From NCBI GenBank assembly GCA_965243135.1, contig OZ251539.1:3328001-3392000 (forward strand): 64,000 nucleotides of DNA. Direction: 5' to 3'. The DNA comes from Alphaproteobacteria bacterium. GTDB taxonomy: Bacteria; Pseudomonadota; Alphaproteobacteria; MPNO01; UBA830. Below, piece by piece: positions 1 through 9,844 of this stretch. The stretch's first letter is position 1, and each line of letters begins with the position of its first letter. The position numbers were made by a program, and so were the translations under genes. The notes under the pieces are model-generated. The model saw only the letters and a list, made by a program, of their open reading frames with translations, searched no databases and was not told where the DNA came from.

Positions 1-1218
1 GAAGTCCTCGATCGCCATCGCTTCCTCCGGGTTGTGCGACCCGTTCTCGTTGCGCACGAAGATCATGCCGGTCGGCACGCCGGCGTTGGCGAAGACCGCC
101 GCATCGTGGCCGGCCCCGCTCGGCACCGTTTCGTCCGCGAAGCCCTCGGCCCGGCAGGCGGCCCGCAACCCGTCCACGACGTCGCGGTCGCATCGCGCCG
201 GCGCCGAGCGAATCACCGGATCGAACTCGAACCTGACCTTCCGGTCGCGCGTCACCGCGTCGCACTCCTCCGCCAGAAGCGCCAGCATTCCGTCGAGGGT
301 CTCCTCGGATTCGCTGCGCGCCTCGAAACTGAAATCCGCCTCGCCGGGCACGCGCGACATGGCGTCATGATCGGGATCCGTGTGCAAGGTGCCCACCGTG
401 AGCACGAGGTCGCCGCCGAGTTGCTGGATGGTCCGCCAATGCTCGTCGAGACGCATGACGAGGTCGGAAACGGCGAAGACGGCGTCGCGCCGCAACCAGC
501 GGGGAACGGCCCCGGAGTGTCCGCTTTCCCCAAGACAGCGGATTCTCCGATGGCGGACATTGCCCCGAATCCCGGTGACCGCCGCCGCGCGCAGGTTGCG
601 GTCGACGAGGACCGGACCCTGCTCGATGTGAAGCTCAAGGAACAACCGTATTCTCCGCAAGTCGAGAAGAGGCTCGCCTCTCATGATGGCCCGGGTGTCG
701 GCGCCGACGGCCTTCATGCAGGTCTCGAGGGCGCGGCCGGTATCGCGATGCGCCGCTTTCAGATCTTCGGGCGGGAGCTCGCCGACGAGCGCCCGCGAAC
801 CCATGCAAGCGCGACCGAACCATGCGCTTTCCTCTCCTCTCAGAGCGATCGCGCGGACGGGCGTTCGCGGGCGCCGCCCGCTCCTCTTGATCTCGGCCAG
901 CAACAGCAGGCCGGCGATTACGCCCGCCAACCCGTCGAAATTGCCGCCGTGAGGCACCGAGTCCACGTGCGAGCCGACAAGGGCGAACCGTTCGGGCTCG
1001 TCTTCCTCCAGCTGGAAGACCGCGTTGGCGGCCCGGTCGCGCCGGAAAACCAGGCCCTCCCGCGCCGCGAAATCCTCCAGCACGGCAATCGTGTCGGTCT
1101 CGACCTCGCCGTAGGACGGGCGCGACACGCCGGGGCCGTCCGCCGAAACCGCGGCGACCCTGTCGAAGAGCTCCTCCGCGGCCTGGCCGATCGCGCCGTC
1201 GCTGGCGAGGGAAATCAT
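1..1218 (-). CDS. Zn-dependent M20 amidohydrolase (N-carbamoyl-L-amino acid hydrolase / beta-ureidopropionase / allantoate amidohydrolase family); 3' end runs off the window
   Basis: Not in the ORF track because it has no stop inside the window. Manual translation from ATG 1218 gives GSHVDSVPHGGNFDGLAGV and C-terminal PSGAGHDAAVFANAGVPTGMIFVRNENGSHNPEE, typical of this family. Confidence 0.85.
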   Translation of the reverse strand, partial: MISLASDGAIGQAAEELFDRVAAVSADGPGVSRPSYGEVETDTIAVLEDFAAREGLVFRRDRAANAVFQLEEDEPERFALVGSHVDSVPHGGNFDGLAGVIAGLLLLAEIKRSGRRPRTPVRAIALRGEESAWFGRACMGSRALVGELPPEDLKAAHRDTGRALETCMKAVGADTRAIMRGEPLLDLRRIRLFLELHIEQGPVLVDRNLRAAAVTGIRGNVRHRRIRCLGESGHSGAVPRWLRRDAVFAVSDLVMRLDEHWRTIQQLGGDLVLTVGTLHTDPDHDAMSRVPGEADFSFEARSESEETLDGMLALLAEECDAVTRDRKVRFEFDPVIRSAPARCDRDVVDGLRAACRAEGFADETVPSGAGHDAAVFANAGVPTGMIFVRNENGSHNPEEAMAIEDF

Positions 1219-1232
1219 TGCCGGCCCGCGTC

Positions 1233-2186
1233 TCACGGCGCGAAATCCGCAAGGCCGCCGGCCGCTTCGTCGTCGCGCACCGACCCGACGAGATCGCGCA
1301 CCTTCCCGATCCCCTCCGCGGCGCAATACGCCGCCAGATCGTCGACAAGCTCCACCATGGTCGTTGGCCGAATGAAGGTCGCGGTTCCGACTTGCACCGC
1401 GGTAGAACCCGCGACCAGGTACTCGACCACGTCTTCGACCGTCGCGATTCCGCCGCAACCCACGACCGGGATGCCGGTCGCCCGAGCGCACTGATAGGCC
1501 ATCCTCAAGGTGACGGGCTTGAGCGCAGGGCCGGACAGCCCTCCCATGAGGCTTCCCAGCATGGGCTTGCGGGTCCGGATGTCGATGGCCATCGCGAGCG
1601 CCGTGTTGGCGACGACGAGAGCGTCCGCTCCCGCTTCCTCCGCGGCGCGCGCGACTTCCGGCGTTTCGCCGGTGTTGGGACTGAGCTTGGCCCAGATCGG
1701 GAGGTTCGTGGCTTCGCGCATCCGGCGTATCACGTCGCGGGTCGAGCGCGGCCGCATGGCGAAGGCTTTTCCATCTTCGTCGATGTTGGGGCAAGAGATG
1801 TTCGCCTCGATGACGGCGACTCCCGGGACGTCGAGGTCTTCGCAGATCCTGCCGAACTCGTCCGCGGTGGACGCCGATACGCTCACCACCAGCGGTGCCT
1901 CGAACCGGGCGTAAAACGGCAGCGTTTCCGCCTTGAAACGCTCCACTCCCTTGGTGGGAAGGCCGATGGAATTGAGCATGGACCCTTCCACCTCGCAAAC
2001 GCGGGGCGTCGGATTCCCTTCTCGCGCGCGCGGCATGACGGTCTTCGTCACGTGCGCGCCGAGCGCGTCGAGGTCGAAGACCCTTGCGAGGTCCTCCGAA
2101 AACGTGCCCGACGCGGGCATGATCGGGTTCTTCAGGGTGAGTCCGCCGACCTCGACGGAGAGGTCCACCGCCGCCCGGCCTACCAT
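1233..2186 (-). CDS. pyrD: Dihydroorotate dehydrogenase, family 1B-like catalytic subunit
   Basis: LKNPIMPASGTF, EGNPTPR, MLNSIGL, EANISCPN, KLSPN, GGLSGPALKP, GCGGI motifs. ATG at 2186 overlaps the stop of the upstream electron-transfer subunit. Confidence 0.88.
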   Translation of the reverse strand: MVGRAAVDLSVEVGGLTLKNPIMPASGTFSEDLARVFDLDALGAHVTKTVMPRAREGNPTPRVCEVEGSMLNSIGLPTKGVERFKAETLPFYARFEAPLVVSVSASTADEFGRICEDLDVPGVAVIEANISCPNIDEDGKAFAMRPRSTRDVIRRMREATNLPIWAKLSPNTGETPEVARAAEEAGADALVVANTALAMAIDIRTRKPMLGSLMGGLSGPALKPVTLRMAYQCARATGIPVVGCGGIATVEDVVEYLVAGSTAVQVGTATFIRPTTMVELVDDLAAYCAAEGIGKVRDLVGSVRDDEAAGGLADFAP

Positions 2187-2983
2187 CCGAGAGCCTCCTG
2201 CAGGTCGAAAACGGGACCTTCCCTGCACACCCTCCTGTGCACGACCGCGCCGTTCGACCGGAACGCCCGCACGCAGCACTGGCACATGCCGAGCCCGCAC
2301 GCCATTTGCTGTTCGAGAGCGACCTGACCGGGAAGCCCGTATTTTTTTCCCAGCGACTGAAGCAGCCTCAGGATGCGGTCGGACCCGCACGTGTAGAGCG
2401 CATCGACCGTCTCCGCCCGTTCCTCGATCAGACGGCCAAGGTTGTCCATGCCCGACGTGCCGTCGGAATCGGTGACCGTGACAACTTCGGCGCCGAGGCC
2501 GCGGAAAAAATCCACCGACATGAGCAGGGAAGGCGTCCGCGCCGAGCAAATCGCCGTCAACGCGCGGCCGAGACGCTTCGCTTCCAGCGCGAGAGGCGCG
2601 AGCGTCGCGAGACCGACGCCGCGGGCGACCAGCATCAGCCTCCGCCAGTCGGGCCGAACCTCGAAGCCGCGGCCAAGCGGTCCCATCAAGGTAAACGGTT
2701 CGCCCGGCCCGAGCTCGGCCATCGCCGCCGTTCCCGCGCCGGTTACCTTGTAGAGAAAATGAAGCTCGCCCGTCTCCGGAAAATAGCCGTAGACGCTCAT
2801 CGGCCGCCGCAGATAGGGCCGCAGCCCGTTCCGCACGGGGCAGAGAAGATGAAAGAACTGGCCCGGCCGACAGTTCAGGATCTCTTGCGGCGCGTCGAGA
2901 ACCAGCAGGCGGTATTCGCCGGCAACCGGGTCGTTGCGCTTTACAGAGCAGGTCCTTTCGAAGACGCGTTCGGACGCCGACAT
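2180..2983 (-). CDS. pyrK: Dihydroorotate dehydrogenase electron-transfer subunit (FAD, [2Fe-2S])
   Basis: PGQF, LRRPMS, GPLGRGF, MACGLGMCQCC...VCREGPVF. Confidence 0.9.
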   Translation of the reverse strand: MSASERVFERTCSVKRNDPVAGEYRLLVLDAPQEILNCRPGQFFHLLCPVRNGLRPYLRRPMSVYGYFPETGELHFLYKVTGAGTAAMAELGPGEPFTLMGPLGRGFEVRPDWRRLMLVARGVGLATLAPLALEAKRLGRALTAICSARTPSLLMSVDFFRGLGAEVVTVTDSDGTSGMDNLGRLIEERAETVDALYTCGSDRILRLLQSLGKKYGLPGQVALEQQMACGLGMCQCCVRAFRSNGAVVHRRVCREGPVFDLQEALGW

Positions 2984-3062
2984 TTCTTGTGTTCCGCTTC
3001 GCGAACCGGACGCGTGCCGCCCGGAAAGGACGCAGTTTGGGAGCCTGTGGATATCTTGTCAA

Positions 3063-3111
3063 GAAAATTCTTTGTATAGAGAATTTTCGGATTGAATTCT
3101 CATTATTGAGA
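3063..3111. promoter_or_regulatory. Candidate operator palindromes in the divergent pyrK / XRE intergenic region
   Basis: Perfect inverted repeat GAAAATTCT-N8-AGAATTTTC (3063-3088) and TCTCA-N4-TGAGA (3098-3111) in an AT-rich patch. Confidence 0.45.
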
Positions 3112-3162
3112 CAAATGCGGAGGAATGATAGTCTTGCGCCCGAAGCGACGACAGGGTGCCGC

Positions 3163-4104
3163 ATGGACGTTTCCATCGAAGAAGTCGGGCGACGGCTGAA
3201 AGCCTTTCGAATGGGGCTGGGGTTGACCCCGGAAGATCTCGCCCGCAACGCGGGCGTTTCGCGCGCCGCCATCTATCGATACGAGGCCGGGCACCCGCCG
3301 AAGATCGAGTCGCTCGTCAGGATCGCCGAAGGGCTCGGCGTCTCGCTGGCCAACCTGCTCGGAGTGGGTGTGGAATACTTCGCTTCCGCCCTCGGCTTTT
3401 TCGAGCGGATGCGCCAGCTCGAGGAGGACGTCGACCAGATCCGGGTCCTGTTCGGGCCGGTATCCTATTTGCTGACGACGGACGGATACGACGACGTTCT
3501 GCCGCGCATGCTGGAGGAAAGCGTGCCGCCCGACGTGCCGGACCGGGAACGGGCGCTGAAGAACATCGAAGCGCTGGTGGCCGTCCTGCGGCAACGCAAG
3601 GAACGCTACCGGCGGCGCCGGCCCGCCGTTCTGAGCCTCGTTTCCGCCGCCGAGCTTCAGCAAATGCTGAGGTTGGGACTCGTCGGTGCCCACCGCCCGC
3701 CCAAAGCGGATCCGGAAGAACGGCGCGAGGCGGCGCGCGCCGAGGTGAAGAACATCGCGCGGCTCCTGCGCGCGCCTCCGATCGGCGTGCAGATCGGCGT
3801 GCTGATCGATTCCATGCCGGGAGCGAGCTTCCAGATATTCCGCCGCGCGTCGGGCGCCGAAGCGACCGAAACGAGGGTCGCGGTCAGTCCCTTTCGCCTC
3901 GGCGCGTTCTCGAACGTGCGGCTCGGCGTCGCGACCGTCACGGCCGCGCCGGAAGCGGCGCGCCTCTACGACGAAATGACCGACGCGCTCTGGTCGCGCA
4001 GCCTCAAGGGCGACCGGGCCGCCGATTACATCGAGTCGGAGGTCTGCGGACCGCGGCGACCAGGGCGTCTCGCCGGCGCCGCGCCCGATTCAAGCGACTC
4101 GTGA
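3163..4104 (+). CDS. XRE-family HTH transcriptional regulator with C-terminal putative ligand domain
   Basis: N-terminal VGRRLKAFRMGLGLTPEDLARNAGVSRAAIYRYEAG; divergent from the pyrK-pyrD-amidohydrolase operon. Confidence 0.85.
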   Translation: MDVSIEEVGRRLKAFRMGLGLTPEDLARNAGVSRAAIYRYEAGHPPKIESLVRIAEGLGVSLANLLGVGVEYFASALGFFERMRQLEEDVDQIRVLFGPVSYLLTTDGYDDVLPRMLEESVPPDVPDRERALKNIEALVAVLRQRKERYRRRRPAVLSLVSAAELQQMLRLGLVGAHRPPKADPEERREAARAEVKNIARLLRAPPIGVQIGVLIDSMPGASFQIFRRASGAEATETRVAVSPFRLGAFSNVRLGVATVTAAPEAARLYDEMTDALWSRSLKGDRAADYIESEVCGPRRPGRLAGAAPDSSDS

Positions 4105-4355
4105 TCGCTTCGCATGACGCCGCCGCGATCGAACGATATCCGGCGGCCCGGACGCCTCGACAATTCGGCGGGAAGGTCGGAAAGGAGCGGAGGAACGACC
4201 GCGCGACTGGGATGCGGCCTCGAGAGCGAGCGTCGAGCGGCGGCTTCGCGCCGCGGATCGACGCGGCCGCCGACGGCCCGTTCTCGGGAAGACCGCCCGC
4301 CCGACGCGCCCGGCGGCGGCTTGGCGACTCGTTCTCGCCGGCGAGATCCGTCAGG

Positions 4356-5261
4356 TCAGGGCGACGCCGCTCGCGCTGCGTCGTCGCGAAATCCGTCGAC
4401 GATCTTGTCCGTCATCTGACGAAGCTCGGCGAATTCCAGAACGCCGAGTTCGCGCGAACCGCCGATAAAGCACATCGACTGACAGACGTCCCGGACGAAA
4501 TCCTTCGACGGAGGCCGCTCCTCGGGCGATTGCGGAAGCAGCCGCGCCAGGCTGGCGGCGACCGCGTTCTGGACGACGCTCATTCCGAACACCGGATTCT
4601 TCGACACCATCGCCGAAACGAACCATTCCCAATGCCCTTTCGATTCCCGGAGCATTTTCCCGATCCGGGTTTTCTCTATCCCGGAGCTTTCCTCGGCCTG
4701 GCGAAGCAGGCGTTCCCGCCACCACGCGCGCGCGAACGGGCAGTCCACGAAAACGCTTCTGTTTCCCCGGACATGCGGCAGACCGCCCATCTGCCGGAGG
4801 ATCGAGCGCACGCAGTCGTCCATCCGGACTTCAGGTTTCGGGTCGTTCCTCGACAACGCCCGGTCGATGCGCTCCGCCCCCGTCTGGGAAGAAACGCCGT
4901 TGCTCGCAAGATAGCTCGGCTCGACGAGGCGGGAACGCACGTGCTCCACAGTGAAGTTCGTCCAGAACGACGTGCGCGACGCGACCGCGGGCGGAAGTTC
5001 CTTCCAAAGATCGTACATGCGGGCCTCGGTATCGCACGGCGGATTCTTGAACTGCGCTTCGCTGAGGCGCGACGGGTACAAGTCCGGATTCCTGTCGCCG
5101 ATCACCGATATCCGATCCATCTCGCGAACGAAGGCATCGCCGTCCCTCACCGCTTCGAGGAACCTCTGCTGACCGCGACCGCCTTTTTCGCGCAGCAGTT
5201 TGGCGCGGTAATTCGACCACTTCTCGTCATCGAGCTGCTTCCAGTCCGACCAGTCAGTCAT
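4356..5261 (-). CDS. Uncharacterised protein A, copy 2 (paralogue of 9845-10726; possibly DUF6339-like)
   Basis: Colinear with 9845-10726 over its full length (RLSEAQFK.PPC, TSFWTN, YLASNG.SSQTGAERIDR, DCPFARAWWRER, GGSRELGVL). Overlaps the upstream gene by 8 nt. Confidence 0.8.
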   Translation of the reverse strand: MTDWSDWKQLDDEKWSNYRAKLLREKGGRGQQRFLEAVRDGDAFVREMDRISVIGDRNPDLYPSRLSEAQFKNPPCDTEARMYDLWKELPPAVASRTSFWTNFTVEHVRSRLVEPSYLASNGVSSQTGAERIDRALSRNDPKPEVRMDDCVRSILRQMGGLPHVRGNRSVFVDCPFARAWWRERLLRQAEESSGIEKTRIGKMLRESKGHWEWFVSAMVSKNPVFGMSVVQNAVAASLARLLPQSPEERPPSKDFVRDVCQSMCFIGGSRELGVLEFAELRQMTDKIVDGFRDDAARAASP

Positions 5262-6120
5262 CTTCTTCCTTCGTCGGCAAAGCCATTTCATGGGGGTAGA
5301 GCAATGTCGCGGCTTCTTCGGGCCTGAACTCCGTGTCGCTCCAGTCGCAGTAGTTCTCGTCGGCAAGCCTGTCCGCGAGCGTTTCGAGGGACTTGTACGC
5401 GCGCCAGCCTTCCTCCCCTTCGTCCTCGGGAGGATATTCCCGCTGAAGGGCGGCGAAACAGGACGTAACAACGTGAATCATCACGTCGGCGCGCTGCGTC
5501 CGTCGCCCCTTTTTTCCCTGAAGCAGGGCGTGGAGTTCCGGGTTGCAACGCACCTCGAAGCGGAACGCGTCGCCGGCGACCACGTCGGTGCGAAACCGGC
5601 CGGAACCGAGCGCGTCGTCCAGACGGATCGAGATGAGACTCTCCATACCCGACGACTTGAGTTGAAGCACGGGCCCCAGCGCCAGCCATGCGCCCTTCGG
5701 AAACGCCGCCTCGACGCCGTCCCAGGCCGGATGGACCTGGTCCTTGCCGGAATCGAGAACGCAGCGGACGTCCTCGACGCACAGGATCATCGGAGTGAAA
5801 TACGGCGGCTCGCCGAAATTCTTCGGATCCCATTCGATCTTCTGCGTCGCGCCGCAGGACCGCAGTATTTCCCGATAAGCCGAGCGGGGAGCCGAAATGG
5901 CGCAGGCGAAAACGGCTTTCTTCTCCGCCAACAGCCTTTCCACCAGCCGCGCTCCCTCGACCGCGTGCCGCATGACGAAGCGCGACGGGTGGGATCCGTC
6001 GGCTTCGGTATCGATCATGTAATTTCCGTCGGGAAACGAATCGTTCCCCCCTTCGATCACTGGATAAACGCGAGCAGGGAGGGCATTCGTCGACGCGCTG
6101 TCCTTCGCGAGAATTTTCAT
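5254..6120 (-). CDS. Uncharacterised protein B, copy 2 (paralogue of 10719-11588)
   Basis: Shared YPVIE.GNDSFPDG, APRSAYRE, PPYFTPMI, FPKGAWLALGPVL, HVVTSCFAALQR. GGAG RBS before ATG 6120. Confidence 0.8.
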   Translation of the reverse strand: MKILAKDSASTNALPARVYPVIEGGNDSFPDGNYMIDTEADGSHPSRFVMRHAVEGARLVERLLAEKKAVFACAISAPRSAYREILRSCGATQKIEWDPKNFGEPPYFTPMILCVEDVRCVLDSGKDQVHPAWDGVEAAFPKGAWLALGPVLQLKSSGMESLISIRLDDALGSGRFRTDVVAGDAFRFEVRCNPELHALLQGKKGRRTQRADVMIHVVTSCFAALQREYPPEDEGEEGWRAYKSLETLADRLADENYCDWSDTEFRPEEAATLLYPHEMALPTKEEDD

Positions 6121-6144
6121 TCCGAGGGATCTCCAGCGGAGTGA

Positions 6145-6699
6145 TCCTGTCCGGGCGCGCTGATCTGCACGCGCAGGCCCGCGTCCGGGCGCACCATTCT
6201 CGCGGACGCGGAAACCTACGGCCCGCACCTCGCGGGCGGCGACCTCGTCTCCTGGACGGTCCGGGAGGTCGAAGAGGTTCACGAACGCGACGACGCGATC
6301 CGGAAACCGCTCTGGCCGAACGACGCCTCGCGGCTCGAGTCGCCGGGCGCGGAACTCGCGGAGGCGGCCGTCGCGGGTCCCGCCGATCTCGCGCGCGGCG
6401 ACGTTCTTCGGTGGACGGAGACGGTCGAGGCCGGGCCGTGGGCGGCGTCGCCGGAAGAACGGACGATCGAGGCCGTCGTCGAGGATATCGCGGCCGACGG
6501 CGAGGACGCCGGGAAGGACGGGATCGGCCTCCTGGTCCGGCAGGCCGGGGGCGCGCCTTGCAGGAGAAGGAAGCCGGGCGGCGAGCCGGCCGCCGCGAGC
6601 TGTCTCAGGCGTAGCCGCTACGGGACGACGATCTCGCAGGCGGACCGCTTGCCGGCGGCGCGCGCCCGGAGGACGCAGTCGGCGATTTCCGCGCCGTAG
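6145..6699 (+). pseudogene. 5'-truncated coding fragment of unknown protein
   Basis: Frame +1 is open from 6145 to 6699 with host-like codon usage (LADAETYGPHLAGGDLVSWT...LARGDVLRWTETVEAG...ERTIEAVVEDI) but no start codon near its 5' end. Confidence 0.4.
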
Positions 6700-7538
6700 C
6701 GGTTCCAGACGAGGTCGCGCCAGCCGTTGGTGGGGTCCGGCGCCGGAAGGATCGCAAACTGCGCATGAAGGAGCAGGCCGAGGGCGAGCAGGCACGGCGC
6801 TCCGACGGCGGCGACGGCGGCCGCCAGCCGCCGGCTACGGGTCCGGTTGACCGACTGCCAGCGCTGGAAATCGGCGGCGCGGGTGCGGACCTGCTTTTCC
6901 AGTTTGGCCGCGGCGGCCGCGACGCTCGCGGGGGAGCCGACCTGTCCGGCTGGTTCGACATCCGCGACGGGCGGAACGACGTCCGCGGTCGCGGCTTCGG
7001 AAGCCTGGACGACCGTTTGCCCGGCGTCTTCGGGAGCGGCGGCCGCTTCGGGCGCCGCCCCGGCTTCCGGGGAGTTGGCCGCGAACTTGTCCGCCGCCGT
7101 TTCGAGTCGGCCGGTGCGCATCTCGATGAATTTGGCGAGGTTGGTTTCGGTCTCGGCGGACTGCGCCGAGATCCGCTCCAGAAGGTTCGGAACGGCCTCC
7201 GGCGGCGCGTTGCGGCGCGGCGGGGCGGTCAGGCGCCTTTCGATCGCGGCCGGCAGTTCCGCCAGCCGCTCGTCGATGTGCTTTCTGATGTTCGTTTCCG
7301 CTTCCGGGATCCGCCCGAGAATCTTTCCGAGCAACCTGTCTCCGGTTTCGTTCGCCGCGCCGGCGGCTTCCGCCACCAGTTCCGCAGGACGGGTCGCGGA
7401 CAACGAAGCCGACGGGGGCGGCAGAGCCGTCAAGCCTGCAGATCGCCGGTCCGGAACGACAGGTTCAGGCTCCGGCGCGATCGCGGCAATCCCGGGCGGC
7501 GCCGCTGCAGGTTCCGTCCCCTTCTGGAGGTCCGTCAT
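6618..7538 (-). CDS. Hypothetical protein with Ala/Pro-rich N-terminus and C-terminal transmembrane helix
   Basis: Hydrophobic LAAAVAAVGAPCLLALGLLL followed by DPTNGWRDLVWNRYG..IADC...C. Confidence 0.6.
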   Translation of the reverse strand: MTDLQKGTEPAAAPPGIAAIAPEPEPVVPDRRSAGLTALPPPSASLSATRPAELVAEAAGAANETGDRLLGKILGRIPEAETNIRKHIDERLAELPAAIERRLTAPPRRNAPPEAVPNLLERISAQSAETETNLAKFIEMRTGRLETAADKFAANSPEAGAAPEAAAAPEDAGQTVVQASEAATADVVPPVADVEPAGQVGSPASVAAAAAKLEKQVRTRAADFQRWQSVNRTRSRRLAAAVAAVGAPCLLALGLLLHAQFAILPAPDPTNGWRDLVWNRYGAEIADCVLRARAAGKRSACEIVVP

Positions 7539-7943
7539 GCCATTTTTCCTTCTTGAGCCGCTCGGCAAGTTGCCCGATCGAAACTCCGAATAACAGGGCT
7601 ACGGGGGCGCAATCGCCGACAGGGCGACATTGTCCATGGCTGCCTTCCGGCTTTCGGCATCGCGTCTGGAGGCGTATGCCAATTCACGGGGCCTCTTCAC
7701 GGATCAAGAGGTCTCTTCTCATGACGAACTCAGTTAGAACTGCGCGTCGGGGCGCTCGGACTGCGCCGGTTCGCGGCGCAGGACAAACGGCGAGCGTCGG
7801 CCCGCCCCCGGGAAGGGGATTTTTTCGCTGCGGCGGCACCTTGACTCACCGGCCAACCCATCCCCATACTACCTTGGCGACAGGGATTGCCGACCGTCGG
7901 TATTGCACTTCGGAGTTGATAGCGGGCATTCATAAATGAAATC

Positions 7944-9746
7944 TCAATCGAATCTGGATAGTGTTTTAATTTTTTCTACGACCAGATCTGCTCGCCTACG
8001 GATGAATTTGTTATATCTTTGCTCGACGTTGCCGTCAGCTCGCATTGCATCGTAAGGAACGAGATGCGCTTCGACTCGGCGCTTTATTTCTTGCTCTCCT
8101 ATGTTTTGTTCAGTGAGAATCTCGTTTAGATATTCATTCGGATCCCTCTTCGAAAATTTCCGATTTGTGCGGCTGTCTAGCAATACTCCGTTCAGCCCGT
8201 GCTGAATTCGTTTTTTGTCGTTTATACCACTGCGTTTGAGAAAATCCATAGGAAAAACATGATGCCGATCAAGTGCACGACTGTCTTCGAGTTCTCGAAT
8301 TTTGGCAGCATCTAATCCATTTCCGATTATCCAACCAGGCGGTGAATCGGAAAGAACCGCTGTCAAAATTGCCCGTCCCAATCGCCCTTTGGCACCAATC
8401 CATGGTACCTCCTTTCCAAGATCTCCAGCCTCCGGCAACGGGTATTCTGCGTCGCGAAATACCTCTGGCATTCGGGTAGGGTTTCCACGCTCCGCTATTT
8501 CTCGCAAACAGACCAATAGTTGCTGATAGTCTTCCAGAACTCGGTCGTTCGCTTGCATTTCGTGTCTATTTGTAAACAAACATCGCCAGTAATAGGCATC
8601 TAGAAGTCTGTGGGCGGTGCCTTGTCGTGCCGGATCTGTGATCTGAACAGTGGCCTCTCGTAACGCGGCGAGGACGTGCAGCGGTGGCCAGCTCGGCAAT
8701 GTTCCTATTGTTGGCGCACCATGTCTCGACGCAAATTCCAAGGCGTGCTTGAGGTCCTCAAATACGCTGCTTAGATTGGCGAGACCCTGCGGGGTTCCCG
8801 TTGGCGCCAGCGACTCCAGCGCGTATTCGTAGTTCGATTCCTTTGGAGGTTTCATTGCCTTCAGGCATGCGACCTTTAACATCCATACCCCGATATCCGG
8901 TATCCAATCGTCTTCATTGCGCCCGAAATAGTACTGGAAAATCTCGTTTTCATTATATGCGGCTCGTATACGATCCCGAAGGCTTTCATCGTAAGTACCT
9001 CGGGCGATTGCCACAACGATGTCGAATCGTTTAATTGGGGCCGACGAACTGTTTGTCTCGATGAAAATATCAACGGCAACATCGATGGTGGTTTGCTCCG
9101 GCAGACTGCAATACCAAAGATTTGTTTTGAACAGGAGCGGTTCTCGCAACTGTGCGTTTATCGCCTTATCTAAAAGCGATACCGGTGCCGCATCTCCGTC
9201 ACCAAATGCTTCATGGCACCAGTTCCATATTTTTCCGAGATCCTCAGGATCTTTTTCTGCATCCCATAGAATATCCGTCGGCAAATAGTTATCGGAAAAA
9301 GCGTTTTGGGGAATCGCCAATCGCTTGCCTTTTGCAGTATTTTGTCGAACCGGCTCGACTTCCTGTACAGCGAGATTTCGATTTTGAAAGTCGTCTACTT
9401 TAATGTAGAAACGATAGTCACTATCATCGGGAAATTTTAGGAGTGCGTGCCAAAGCGAAGTAAGGCGTTGCTGGCCATCAAGCACGAGTTCCGTAACTTG
9501 TCTAGGTCTCCGATTCATACCGCTGAACATTCGGGAATCAAACTGTGGTTCCTCCGCGCTACGTAGGATCAGCATTATTCCCGTTGGCCTGGTTTGCAGT
9601 AAAGCCAACAGATAGTTTGCTGTTTTTTGAGGCGACCAGGTCCAGCTACGCTGAAATTCCGGCAACGCCAGTCGGCCTTCTTCTGCCATTTTTAGCCATG
9701 TCTCAATGTTTCGATGTTCGTACCGAACAACATCATCTGTTGTCAC
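7944..9746 (-). CDS. DUF262 (ParB/Srx-like) + C-terminal HNH-like nuclease; GmrSD/SspE-like restriction protein
   Basis: LPEFQRSWTW, VLDGQQRLTSL, FIETN, and C-terminal DRHHVFP...N...L...N. GTG start at 9746 lies 6 nt after AGGAGG. Visibly low GC. Confidence 0.88.
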   Translation of the reverse strand: MTTDDVVRYEHRNIETWLKMAEEGRLALPEFQRSWTWSPQKTANYLLALLQTRPTGIMLILRSAEEPQFDSRMFSGMNRRPRQVTELVLDGQQRLTSLWHALLKFPDDSDYRFYIKVDDFQNRNLAVQEVEPVRQNTAKGKRLAIPQNAFSDNYLPTDILWDAEKDPEDLGKIWNWCHEAFGDGDAAPVSLLDKAINAQLREPLLFKTNLWYCSLPEQTTIDVAVDIFIETNSSSAPIKRFDIVVAIARGTYDESLRDRIRAAYNENEIFQYYFGRNEDDWIPDIGVWMLKVACLKAMKPPKESNYEYALESLAPTGTPQGLANLSSVFEDLKHALEFASRHGAPTIGTLPSWPPLHVLAALREATVQITDPARQGTAHRLLDAYYWRCLFTNRHEMQANDRVLEDYQQLLVCLREIAERGNPTRMPEVFRDAEYPLPEAGDLGKEVPWIGAKGRLGRAILTAVLSDSPPGWIIGNGLDAAKIRELEDSRALDRHHVFPMDFLKRSGINDKKRIQHGLNGVLLDSRTNRKFSKRDPNEYLNEILTEQNIGEQEIKRRVEAHLVPYDAMRADGNVEQRYNKFIRRRADLVVEKIKTLSRFD

Positions 9747-9844
9747 GTTAATCCTCCTGAATTCTTCCTGAGATTTCTGCGACACGGTACCGTAGTTGAT
9801 TCCACGCCACACGAGGTGTTGAGACTACTTCCAATGGTAAGAAT

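Noticed and set aside
34-1494. Long plus-strand ORF (and similar antisense ORFs such as 3156-5327, 17853-19409, 31514-33484, 44890-46698)
   Set aside because: These are shadow frames of real genes on the opposite strand or in another frame, expected at high GC, with no recognisable motifs.
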